Assembly: GCF_006345805.1 (NCBI RefSeq) | Contig: NC_043000.1 | Span: 164,300,001 to 164,364,000 of the forward strand | Direction: 5' to 3' | DNA from: Octopus sinensis | Taxonomy: Eukaryota | Length of the DNA stretch: 64,000 nt | Part shown: positions 36,665 through 48,203 of the stretch, in pieces | Position numbering within the stretch: position 1 is the first letter of the stretch | Layout of the letters: each line of letters begins with the position of its first letter | Notes under the pieces: generated by a model | Databases searched by the model: none | Told to the model about the DNA's origin: nothing | The model's input: the letters and a program-made list of their open reading frames with translations, nothing else | Translations under genes and position numbers: made by a program

Positions 36665-37825
36665 CTAGCAGAGATACCTGGTGTTGCTCAGGATTAAAGT
36701 GGCATAGTTTGTATATATATGAACAGGTGATGCGGGAAAGTGCAACATTGATGACAAAACATTTGTGCAGTAAATGATGGGCTGATTCAACTAAGCAACA
36801 TGCCATGTGTCCGTTTGGAGTCTTCTAGACCCTAGGCTGTTATGGAAAATTGAGGATGGTGGGTATGTGATTTTTAAACACACCTAAAAGCTGTCAATGG
36901 ATATACTCTCCTTTGCAGCAGTCGGAGCTGTGTCTAACACAATCCATTGTCTGAAGTTTTGATACCTCACGTCGGGTTTGTTGTCCTGCATTACTCATAA
37001 AGTAAATTTGGAGGAACTGTGGTTGTTGATTTGTGGGTAACAGGGAACCAATGAGATAAGAGACTTGCCTTTGAACTTTGAATGTTCAACTACCTCCTTA
37101 GATGCACCAAACAATGTCATTTGAAATGCAGTTGTATTGCCTGATAGTGTTCAGAAAATCAGTTGACTGGATGGACGTGCCTTCCAGAACATCCATAAGA
37201 GGTTGAGCAGGAGCTGGTGGTGCTGGCAATCTTTCTTACCTGACCACCTGAGCAGCACATGCCATTAGTTTCATTTGGACAAAATTATCATTTTTATAAG
37301 AATGGGATGGATCATATTTGAAAGCAACACACAGCAGTTATGAAGAAAATATTTGTATGTAGTCTGTTTCTGAGAGCTATTCTATTGGACCCTTGTCTAA
37401 TCGTTAAAATGTTTTAATGATCCAACATTAAGTGTTGCAACATGCATTTGCTGATCTTGGGAAAGTCTCATGTCACTTTTCTCTTGAGATTCCATTTGAT
37501 GTGCTGCAATATGTTTTTGCTGATCTTGGGAAAGTCTCATCTCGCTTCTGTCTAATAGAAATAAGATGATCTTAGTGTTATCACATTAGAATTAAAAGTG
37601 AAACAGTATTATATCACATTACAATATAGATCTTATTCTTTCACTTTTGACACATAATACCGAACCAGTACCAGTATTATATTGTTTTAATCCAAATGGA
37701 AAAAATTACATGTTGACACTCACGGGGTCTGATACCATTAGCTTGAAAAATTTGATTTGATTTGGTTGAGCCATTTGAGAATGCATAGGAAACAGACAGA
37801 AACAAAGAATTTTTTATATATAGAT
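36665..37825 (-). mobile_element. Non-autonomous Helitron
   Basis: Minus strand reads A|TCTATATATA...CCTGAGCAACACCAGG hairpin...CTAG|T: 5'-TC, 3'-CTAG, subterminal hairpin, AT target, no TSD. Confidence 0.8.
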
Positions 37826-38387
37826 AAATGAAAGTTTTTCTCAACATGTTCCACTATTAAAATAATCTATGCATCAGAATCTTATAGCCATGGTAGATCA
37901 TATTAAAATAAGTTTGCATAAAACTTAATTAGTGTGTAGCTAAATTATGTATGTTTAAAAAGTGTGTTACTAACAGGAAGAGTTTGGAAATCACTGCAAT
38001 AACTAAAATTAGGCTAACAAGCTTTTGAATTTCAAATTAAGAGATATAAAATTTGAAATTCATTCAGTTTAGTCGCATAGTCATTCTGTTGTATTTTTGG
38101 CAATTTTCTTTGTTCTCCTTCCCTCTAATCTAACTAACTGAATCCATGGAAAAATAAGTGCCACATGTTTCATAGCTAGGTAGCCTGTGGTAAGAACATA
38201 ATCTTGCCATGTATGATACTACACTAAAAGAGGCTATCAGGAGGAACATATATAACTCTTATTGACCATATTTGCCTAAATAATTAAAATTTCATTAGTC
38301 ACTGGATAATATTGCATTTTTGAGGAATGTTCTTTCATAGCATAATTATTTCTCATTTGCTTTTAAATGTATTAACAATGTCCTAAC

Positions 38388-38858
38388 TACATTATTTACA
38401 TTATTTACATTTAATGGATATCTATCCTCATCTTCTTTGTTTTAAACACGTTTCGGCTGATGTACCTACCCTCCAGCCTTCCTGAGGTGTCTTGGGGGAA
38501 ATTTCGAACTTGGGTTCTCATTCCTAAGGTATGTTTCGATGTTGTTGTTATTGTTATTATTATTATTATTATTGTGCAGGTGGCACGTAAAAAGCACCCA
38601 CTACACTCGCGGAGTGGTTGGCGTTAGGAAGGGCATCCAGCTGTAGAAACACTGCCAGATCAGACTGAAGCCTGGTGCAGCCCCTGGCTTCCCAGACCCT
38701 GGTTGAACTGTCCAACCCGTGCTAGCATGGAGAATGGACGTTAAACGATGATGATGATGATGATGATTATTATTATTATTATTCAGGTCACTGCTTGGAA
38801 TCGAACTCGGAATATTGGGTTTAGTGGCCCGCACTCTTAACCACTATGCCATATGCCC
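38388..38858 (-). mobile_element. tRNA-derived SINE with a decayed hammerhead-like 3' domain, interrupted by an RTE 3' fragment
   Basis: A box TGGCATAGTGG (38851-38841), B box GAGTTCGATTCC (38808-38797), (AAT)n linker, hammerhead-like core at 38490-38446, (AATGTAAAT)n tail. Confidence 0.75.
38574..38766 (+). mobile_element. Short RTE 3'-end copy inserted into the SINE (TTA)n tract
   Basis: Matches the 3' end of the RTE at 34361; (GAT)n tail. Confidence 0.85.
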
Positions 38859-38884
38859 ATGGGCATTTATGTACCTATATATGT

Positions 38885-39130
38885 GTGCATAGACCAGTGG
38901 TTAGGGTGTTTTACTCCTGATCACAAGATTATGGTTTCAGTTCCTGGACTGGTGCTGTGTTGTTCTTAAGCAAAGCACACTTCATCTCCCATTGCTCTAT
39001 GAGCACTTTGACACCTAACAAGTGGTACACCGTGAACCTGTTCAGACAACATTGATTTGATGGAGGGAGGGAGCTAAGGTGTGGCACGGACATTTGATCA
39101 CTGTGAATAAATCACCTGCATTGGTTGTTC
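38885..39130 (+). mobile_element. Second, decayed tRNA-headed SINE, divergent from the first
   Basis: A-box-like tagaccagtggt and B-box-like ggtttcagttcc, followed by gtgttgttcttaagcaaagcac. Confidence 0.5.
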
Positions 39131-39401
39131 AGCAAGAAGTTGCAGAACTGTCTTTCTTGGACTATGAGAGAGACTGACCATCAGGCCATCATGTATGAGA
39201 GTTTATGTCTCCTTGTTTTGACATTGTGTGAAATGAGTGTCACCAGCAAAGATGCAGTGTCCTTCATTTCCAATGTTCTGTGAAAATATATTTGGTAATA
39301 GTGAAATATTACCTTAACCGGAAATGGCTGAGTGTTAGCAGCATGAAGGGCATCCAGCCTGTGAAAAGTCTGCCTCCATAAATTCTATGGAAAACTGGAC
39401 A

Positions 39402-39504
39402 TTAAAATGCTGAAGATAATGAACATCGATGTTCAGACTGAACACTGGCTTCATCAGCCTCACTATACCGGATGGGCCTCGAAGGGCACACACCATTGCC
39501 TCTC
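39402..39504 (-). CDS. Candidate downstream or terminal exon of the same gene (frame uncertain)
   Basis: Strong acceptor ctttcattttattcag|G at 39504; phase-2 frame reads RGNGVCPSRPIRYSEADEASVQSEHRCSLSSAF*; an internal GTGAGG donor is also possible; the 3' part overlaps a SINE remnant. Confidence 0.3.
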
Positions 39505-40772
39505 CTGAATAAAATGAAAGGCTGATATTTAATTTATTTGGAAAATTATACTTCATGATAATTTGCCTAAATTCAGAATTTTATTAAAAGCTGTTGATAA
39601 GGAAATTACTGTAAATCCCATCTCTGTCGTCATCATCATTGTTTAACATCCACTTTCTATGCTGGCACAGGTTGGACAGTTTGACATGAGCCTGCACCAG
39701 ACCTCTGTGTCTGTTTTGGCAGGGTTTTTACAACTGGATGCCCTTCTTAACACCAACCAACCTGCAGAGTAGACTGGTGTTAGGAAGGGCAATCCAGCCA
39801 TAAAACCCGTGCCAAAACAGACAGGTTTGTGTGTTAAAGACAAAATGAAGAGTTGGCAACAAGAAAGGTATCTGGATCATGAAACACTGCCTCAGAAAAA
39901 CCAATCAACTTATATCAGTATGAAACAGTTGATAAAGATGGAAGGCAAAAACTATTAGTAATTGTACACAAGCATTTAGATGTTAATATTTGACCACCAT
40001 AAAGGCAATTTTCTTAGTTTTAGCTCTCAGAATATTCCTCTTCTAACAAGTTGTATAAAGGGCAACAAAATAAAATGCTGATGCAAAGAAAATTAGTTTA
40101 ATGAGGAAGTCTAATTAAAAACTAGGGTGAGCACCATTAATACTTTTGATAGCAACCTGCCTAAGAGCACACTTGGTTCTACAATACAAATTTTTCTCTT
40201 TTTTTTTAAGTTACCTAAATTTAAGCCTTTCATCAAAAATTGCTTAATAATGACAATCATTTCATTAAATTCTTCATTATTTTCAAAATTAATTGAAATG
40301 AAGATGGTGTATTTCAACAGAAATATGGTAAGAAAAGGGTTAAACATTTGTCTGTTATTTTATATTTTCTTATCCAATCTTTTACATCGTTACTCTTCTA
40401 ATAGCCTGTTATTTTCAATAATGTGCATTCACTTATTTGATCAACTGAACAACCTACTCATTGAATTAACATGCAAGTGTCTGAGTATTCCACAAACATG
40501 TATACCTAATGTAATTCTCAAGCTAAATCAGTGTGAAGCAAAACATAACTAGGTTGATAGTTGGATTTGCAGTTACAATCCATTCAACAGATTTCTGTAT
40601 AGGTTTTGTCTGCTCTTCACCTCAACAGCATAAAAACTCAAACTTTTCACAAGTGAGGAAACAGCCATGGACATCAACCTCACTCCACAACTAAAACCGT
40701 TACAATTATAGTAAATGCTAAGTTTCACAATATCTTACAGCAACCTAACATATCTATATCATTACCACTCAC

Positions 40773-40837
40773 GTGACACAGACTCGAGTTCCTCTTTACC
40801 ACTAGAAAATATTTCAACCATGACCAGAGCTTTGAAC
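40773..40837 (-). CDS. Candidate further exon of the same gene (WFKALVMVEIFSSGKEELESVS)
   Basis: Strong donor CAC|GTGAGT; weaker AAG acceptor; open in the required phase 2. Confidence 0.4.
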
Positions 40838-41399
40838 CTTAGTCATACACATGAAAGTTACATTCTTTAAGGCATTGAGGGGATTCTGAAATCTGATGTC
40901 AAAAGTAGAAGATATTGAAGTATGTAAGATCCCATATATACTCATATGTAAAATCTCATTCTGCTGATGGAGTGAGAAGTGTAATGCTAAATGTTATCTA
41001 AACTGAACTTAGCATATTTTAAAATTTTAATATCAGATTCAAGAGAGGAAAGGCAGCAACCATAATGCTTTTCAGGGCCTCTGAAATTGATGAGAATAAG
41101 GGAGGAGGTTATCTTCAAACTGGAGACCTGGACTGAATACTTGCTACAAAGCGCTTCCAGCTAAAAAAGATCCAAGAACCAGGTAGCAATGTTAAACCAG
41201 GCTACCACCTAAGTCTACCATCCAAAAATTGAAACACCTTCCCTGGTGAGCTTTCAGTTTCTCTCTTCAAATATCACACATATAGTTTTGGCTAACCTAA
41301 GGCTATGGTAAAAGATATTTACTTATGCAGTGGAATCAAACTGAGAACTATGTAACTGGAAATTAATCATTTGTGACTGGTAATGGTTTCAAAATGTAC

Positions 41400-43035
41400 C
41401 ATCTTCACCATCACTAACAGCAAACTCCATAACAACTATGGAATTTACACCTGCAATGCTGCGACGTCACCTTCAAAATAAGCGCAACTATGCCTCCCCT
41501 GGTCTCGATGGAGTTACATACCTGCTTCTCAAACGTGGCAGGCACTTCCTTTTACACCAGCTTTCTATTTTCTTCCAGTACTGTCTCAACAATGGTGCTA
41601 CTCTCTCGAACAGTGGAAAACTGCCAGTGTCATTCCTCTGTTCAAAAAGGGCGACCGCACATCACCTGTCAACTATCGCCCAGTCAGTCTCACTAGCTGT
41701 ATTGCAAAACTGATGGAATCGTGTGTCAGAGAAACACTCTGGAACTTCTGGAGCTCTTACAGTCTCATCCGACCCTCACAATATGGATTTGTCCCTAACT
41801 CCAGCTGCAGTGACCAGCTTGTCGAGTTCCTTGAGGACATTACTCAGATCACTGACAGTGGCTCATGGGTGGATGTTGTCTACCTTGACTTTGCTAAGGC
41901 TTTCAACTCTGTGCCACACAAAAGGCTTATGGTGAAACTCTCTGCAATGGGTGTGGGGGATGACCTTTTTAACTGGTTGAAATCCTTCATCCTCAGCCGA
42001 AAGGAGGTAGTCACAGTTCTAGGACAGCACTCTACACCATATGAGATGTCATCGGGTGTACCACAGGGATCTGTCCCTGGCCCCCTCTTGTTTGTGGCAT
42101 ACATTAACGACATAGATGCCAATTTAAAGAATGCCACAGTATTGAAATATGCAGACGACATCAAGCTGTACCTTGAAATCAAGAGGACAGATCCTGTTGT
42201 CTACAACTCTTTCCTGCAATCAGACCTGACACAATGCAGCAATGGATCACAGACTGGCAACTGAAACTGGCTGTGGACAAGTGTACCACCATGCATTTTG
42301 GGAGAAAAACCCTGCGTCCACATACTCCCTCCACAACACTGATATCAAGAAATCCTCTTGCGAGCGTGACCTAGGTATCACTGTCAGCAGTGATTTGCGT
42401 TGGACAAAGCATATCTCTAAAATTGTCAAGAAGGCCGAGGGTGTCTTGGCATCACTCAGCAAGACTTTTGTTAGCCGCTCTCCAGCCATCTATTTAAAAC
42501 TGTATACAGCTATGGTACGACCACACTTGGAATTCGCATCATCAGTTTGGAACCCCTATCTTGCACAGAACATTGACCTCCTGGAATCTGTCCAGAGACG
42601 TGCAACCAAACGCATACCCTCCATCAGACACCTACCATATTCTGAGCCCCTTGTTTCCCTGGGCATGGATTCACTGAAGCTCCGGCGTTTGGCGACGGAC
42701 TTGGTAAACACCCACAAAGTTATCAACCACCTCACCAATAACAACACTGAACACCTTTTTGATCTCCATGTGTCTAACACACGTGGACATGCCTACAAAG
42801 TCAGAAAACAGCACAGCTCCCATGACTTTCGGAAACATTTTTTCACGCTCAGAGTTGCTGAAGCGTGGAATAAATTGCCTGCATCAGTTGTTGACTGCCA
42901 TGACACTGCATCTTTTAAGGCCCTCATGCTTTCCGAAATCCGCCGAAACTTCACCTGATTATATATACACTTTAGATGAGTTGTAGTGCACCTGAGCACT
43001 GTACACAATTATTATTATTATTATTATTATTATTA
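41400..43035 (+). mobile_element. 5'-truncated CR1-clade LINE with (TTA)n tail
   Basis: PLFKKG...NYRPVSLTSC, SQYGF, VDVVYLDFAKAF, SGVPQGSV.GPLLF, YADDIKLY, RPHLEFASSVWNP, WNKLP; frameshift near 42240; tail at 43008..43035. Confidence 0.93.
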
Positions 43036-43163
43036 AAATGCAGCAAAGCAGGTGACATTTAAAAAGAACCAATCCTCACTAACAAATTATTTCTAGCAAT
43101 GGACCACTTATTGTATTGATAAACATTTAGAATTGAATCAATAAAACAATAAAATACCATTTT

Positions 43164-45013
43164 CATCATCATCATCGTTTAACGTCCGCTTTCCATGCTA
43201 GCATGGGTTGGACGGTTCAACTGGGGTCTGGCAAGCCCGAAGGCTACACCAGGCCAGTCAGATCTGGCAGTGTTTCTACAGCTGGATGCCCTTCCTAATG
43301 CCAACCACTCCGAGAGTGTAGTGGGTGATTTTATGTGCCACCAACACAGGTGCCAGACGAGGCTGCCAGACGGCCACGCTCGGATGGTGTTTTTTATGTG
43401 CCACTGACACAGGTGCCAGACGAGGCTGGCGAACGGCTACGATCGGATGGTGTTTGTTACGTGCCCACGGCACGGAGGCCAGTCGATGCGGTACTGGCTA
43501 CGGTCCCGTTCGGATGGTTTTCTTATGTGCCACCGGCACTGGTACCATTATGTGCCACCGGCACTGGTTCGCCATTGCCTCAGTGAGGCCCAACGCTCTG
43601 AGGTCATGCTTGACTACCTCATCCCATGTCTTCCTGGGTCTACCTCTCCCCCTGATACCTTCAACTGTTTGGGAGTGGCACTTATTCACACATCTCTCCT
43701 CATCCATCCACAGCACATGACCATACCATCGCAAGCGTCGCTCTTGCACACCACATCTGATGCTTCTTATATCCAGCATTTCTCTCAGGGTGCTTACACT
43801 CTGTCGTGCGTGCACACTGACATTACACATCCAGCGGATCATGCTAGCTTCATTTCTTTCAAGTCTACGCATGTCCTCTGCAGTCACAGCCCATGTTTCA
43901 CTACTGTGAAGCATGGCAGTTCGCACACATGCATCATACAATCTACCTTTCGCTCTGAGCGAGTGACCCTTTGTCGCCAGTAGGGGTAGGAGCTTTCTGA
44001 ACTTTGCCCAGGCTATTCGTATTCAAGTGGTGACACTCTCTGAGCATCCACCTCCACTACTAACTTGGTCACCCAGGTAGCGGAAACTATCAACTACTTC
44101 TAGTTTCTCCCCCTGGAGTGTGATGGAATCTGTTTTCTGAGTATCTGTGGTGTCTATTGTCCCTGTGCATCTGCCGCACATGAAAGCTATCTTATCTGTT
44201 AATTTCCCTTTGATGTTGCTGCACCTCTTATGCATCCATAACTTACATTGGGTGCATCTTATGGAGTTTCTACCTACACCTTTCCTACAGATCGAGCAGG
44301 GCCACCTGCCCGAGGGGGTGTGTGCTGAGTTCGCCTTTCTGCTTACTATAACTTTGGTCTTTGCTACATTTACTCTAAGGCCCTTTGATTCTAACCCTTG
44401 CTTCCACACCCGAAATTTCTTTTCTAGTTCCGGTAGTGATTCTGCTATGAGAGCCAGGTCATCAGCATAGAGGAGCTCCCAGGGGCAACCTGTTTTGAAT
44501 TCCTCTGTTATTGCCTGGAGGACTATGATGAATAAAAGGGGACTGAGGGCTGAGCCTTGGTGCACACCTACTTCTACCCGGAATTCTTCACTATATTCGT
44601 TGCCAATCCTAACCTTGCTGACAGCCTCTCTGTATAGAGCCTGTACAGCCCTTATTAGCCATTCGTCAATCTCCAGTTTCCGCATCGACCACCAGATAAG
44701 GGAACGGGGAACCCTGTCAAAGGCTTTCTCCAAGTCCACAAAAGCTATGTAGAGGGGTTTATCTTTAGCTAGGTACTTCTCCTGCAGTTGTCGGACCAGG
44801 AATATAGTATCAGTGGTGCTTCTACCCGGCACAAAACCGAACTGCATCTCATCTAAGCAAATTCTCTCCCTAATGAGATGGGTTATGACCCTCTCTGTGA
44901 CCTTCATCACCTGATCCAACAGTTTGATACCCCTGTAGTTATTTCTATCTAGAGCATCACCCTTACCCTTGTAGCAGTTGACTATGGTGCTGCTACGCCA
45001 GTCATTGGGTATG
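43164..45013 (-). mobile_element. 5'-truncated RTE LINE, relatively young
   Basis: RT reads in one frame from IPNDW to TEAM with a single TGA (44025-44023, likely CGA>TGA); LYADDL; PHD-like insert; (GAT)n tail. Confidence 0.95.
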
Positions 45014-45281
45014 ATGTGCCTGTCTGTTCCTTGATGTTGTCCATGTATCTTTTTCTCTGTCAGTCTCTCCTTCCTTGAAGAATGGTCTTTGCAAGGCTAC
45101 TGGGTTTTGTTACAGGCCAAACCATCTTAGCTTTCTTTTCTCTTCATTGTATAGAACCAATGTGATATTGAATAGTTTCAAGGACCTTTGTTGTTTGTTA
45201 TGTGATCCAAATAAAAGCTAATAAGATTATGTCCCGTGCATGTATCTTATTCCATATGTCTGCAATGAGAGCCCAACTCAC

Positions 45282-45354
45282 CAATGTATACAAAAAAGGG
45301 ACACTGCCAGTTCATGCAGGAGCCTGATGTTGCTGTTCAGGATGATATTTCTAT
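45282..45354 (-). CDS. Unidentified spliced gene, exon (DRNIILNSNIRLLHELAVSLFCIH+TG)
   Basis: Acceptor gcgtgtag|AT; donor TTG|GTGAGT; open only in phase 1. Confidence 0.6.
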
Positions 45355-45811
45355 CTACACGCACAAGTGTATGTGTATATATTTTAGATGTTTTCTAAGT
45401 ACAAGCCAATACTTGTCTCTGGTTTATGAAGTGGACAAGAAATAAATCTTTCACTACATAGGACAGCAATCTATGATGAGTAATATCCTCAGGTAAGGTA
45501 ATCTGCTAACCATTCCTAATGGCTAGAAATGTAACAAATAACATGCAGTCAATTTTAACTTCTGATTCATGAATCAGCACAGAAATATCTCATTCATTTG
45601 ACCATTTTTCTCTGACTCCTACATAATAATGACCATGTCTCCTGATGTGATGTCTGAAAGGTTTAGAGTGAATGGCTAAATGCACACAATTGACATGGTC
45701 TATGATATATGAGTGTTGTGTGAACTGAATGCAAGTACAAAAGACCAGCTGGAAATATTTATCTTTATTTTAATGTCTAATTTTTATTATGTTGGTATAG
45801 GTTTCATGTAC

Positions 45812-45914
45812 CTGTACTTTGCTCAATCTGTGGAATCTCAGCTGTGAGGCCTGGTATTCTGAGATCATCTCTTCTGTTTTCATCTTCCTTGGTTTTTTCT
45901 CGTGCTTTCTCCAT
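45812..45914 (-). CDS. Unidentified spliced gene, first coding exon (MEKAREKTKEDENRRDDLRIPGLTAEIPQIEQST+G)
   Basis: Exon 45812..45949 has acceptor gttttgttgcag| and donor ACAG|GTACAT. ATG is in acaATGg context with an in-frame upstream TAA. Its phase-1 end fits the only open frame of the next exon. Confidence 0.6.
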
Positions 45915-46569
45915 TGTGCTGGTGTCATCCGTTTCATCAATTTATAACACTGCAACAAAACTTTAATTTTTTTTTTTGTCTTTGGCCAGTAAATGTTACT
46001 TTCTATTTGCTTCTATTAAGAAATCAAAGGAAATGATTACTATTCCCTTCAAACTTTGCTTTTGTGACCTCTTGCATCAATGTTTTGAAACTGACTTATT
46101 TTCCATTACATTTCAGAGAGATTCAGTGCTGAGTTGCTGAAGCAAAAACATGGTTATAGCAAATATTCTGCCCAATACCACAGATTTGCTTGTTAGTCAT
46201 TTGGCCTAACCACTTAAACATGTCCCTTAGCAGCTGACAATATGCGTATCTCTGATCATGAGCAGGAGTAGTAAGGGAGTATCATAGCCATGTGTTGAGA
46301 GAGATTTTGGTGGGGTTCGTATAAATGTAACAAAAGCAAAGTTTGAAGGAATTAACCACTTTTCATACATTTTAGTGTTAAGCAAATAGGAAATAACAGT
46401 TGCCATTCAAGGACAGAAATCAGTGTAAGATATGTCCTTATCTGTGCAGCCCTTTCTTTGCAACATACAGCAGCTGATGCCATTCCTACTCAGTCATCGA
46501 CCCCTCTGTTTCAACACTGAATGAAGAGGAGTGAGACTAGTTTTCTAGTTGCAACTTTAATAATAATCT

Positions 46570-46760
46570 TTGAAATTTTGGTGGGAGGGGATTGGTTGTT
46601 TACATCGACCCCAGTGTTTCACTGGTACTTAATTTAGCGACCCTGAAAAGATGAAAGGCAAAGTTGACCTTGGTGCAATTTGAACTCAGAACATAGCGGC
46701 AGACGAAATACTGCTAAGAATTTTGCCCGGTGTACTAACGACTCTGGCTGCTTGCTGCTG
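46570..46760 (+). mobile_element. SINE-like repeat
   Basis: Family core tacatcgaccccagtg...aaggcaaagttgaccttggtgcaatttgaactcagaac. Confidence 0.75.
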
Positions 46761-47074
46761 TGATGATGATAATACTAATAATAATAATGATCATTATTAT
46801 TATTATTATTTAAAGTCTATTTCCATGCTGGCATGGGTTGGGTGGTTTGACAGGTGCTGGTGGGCCAAGGGACAACACTAAGCTCCACTGTCTGATCCGG
46901 CAGGGTTTCTATGACTGGATGCTGCTTTTTTGGTACCAGCACAGTTATAACCAACACAATTATTATCAAATAAATAAATTAGTTCAGTACATATGAATGA
47001 TTAGCTGCAAGCCAACTCTGAGACATAACAAAAGACATTCCAGCCATGACCATCTTTATTTTTTTGTGTATGTT

Positions 47075-47145
47075 GATCACCCGCCTTATTCTCCTGATTT
47101 GGCCCTATCTGACTATCAGTTGTTTGGACGCCTAAAGACATGAGT
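47075..47145 (+). mobile_element. Mariner transposase remnant
   Basis: HPPYSPDLALSDYQLFGRLK (mariner YSPDLAP.D motif). Confidence 0.65.
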
Positions 47146-48045
47146 TCTCTGTAACAATTCACTGAAGTGTTCCCTGGTGATCCATTGCAGTTAAGTATAC
47201 AATCGCATCCAATGTAGAATTTTTTTTTTAAATGCAATGGTGAAACATACATAGGAACAAATGATATAAACTTCTGCTTATTGTCATTTCTCCTACATTT
47301 TCTCTGTATTTTATACTTAGTAATGCTACTAAGTATAATAGTTACTTAACCACTATACTGGAAGCAGACTGGACAATATTAATCTATGCGGAGCTGTAGA
47401 TTTAACGGTAGTCAGACATCTGTTTGCACACACTACACATGTACATACAGTCTTGTTTAAAAGAGAGCAAAGTGTGTGTGTGTGTGTGTTTCTAGTAATT
47501 AATGACTTAATCGCATTATATTTGCTGCATGCTTAAAGGCTAAGCTAATGCTACACTATTACTGGAAATTATCTTTCCATTTTATATAATGGATTAAAAA
47601 CCTAGTATAGGTTCTGCTGTTTGCTTCTCTATACGTATTGTTACAAAAACAAAAGACAGTTCTCTGATGAATTTCTAATGGGCAGGTTTTTTTTTTTATT
47701 ATCTGAAAGAAATATTTCTTTTGTTACAAAAAGGCAATTTCAATTTTAAGAAGAATTTCTTTGTGTTTTTTTTGTTTTTGTTTGTGTGGGTTTTTTTAAA
47801 CCTGTAAATGTATGAGTTATAAAATATGTATTTTCCACTCATTTTGAATTATACTTAGCATCCCCACCCATCTATTGAGGAAGGACTAAACCTAGCAGAG
47901 CCAGGTGGTGGGGGTGGACACCTGAAGGATGATGAGCAGACAAGTGAAAGACAAGTGGTTCAGGGTTGCTTGAGGGGTGGAAATACAAGATCAGTTGTCT
48001 CTTGGAAACAAGGGCCATTATTTAAGTAATTGAAAAGTAAGAAAG

Positions 48046-48203
48046 CACTAGCATAGCTAGAGGGGCAGCCCATCCTTGGTGCCACTTTTATGTAGATGCT
48101 ACAACTTGGGGGCTACTGTAGGCAATATGTACTTTTTGTGGGGGCCCAGTGGCAACAAATTGAAGGGCTATCCCAGGTGGCACACACTCTAGCTATGCTA
48201 GTG
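48046..48203. mobile_element. 158-bp MITE with perfect 17-bp TIRs
   Basis: CACTAGCATAGCTAGAG / CTCTAGCTATGCTAGTG; no TSD recognised. Confidence 0.7.

Larger units (their letters stand above)
32179..37996 (+). mobile_element. hAT (Buster/Charlie-type) transposon, decayed, with four nested insertions
   Basis: Perfect 8-bp TSD CAATAACT (32171-32178 / 37997-38004); TIRs CAGTGTTTTCCAAACT vs CAGTGATTTCCAAACT; remnants PQCLVCGDILANES, ASYLVA, L.KSTDVSG, WLRNPF, FWISVSKEYP, YICEASFS. Confidence 0.93.

Noticed and set aside
38797-38858. tRNA gene
   Set aside because: A and B boxes are present but there is no acceptor stem or cloverleaf; it is a SINE head.
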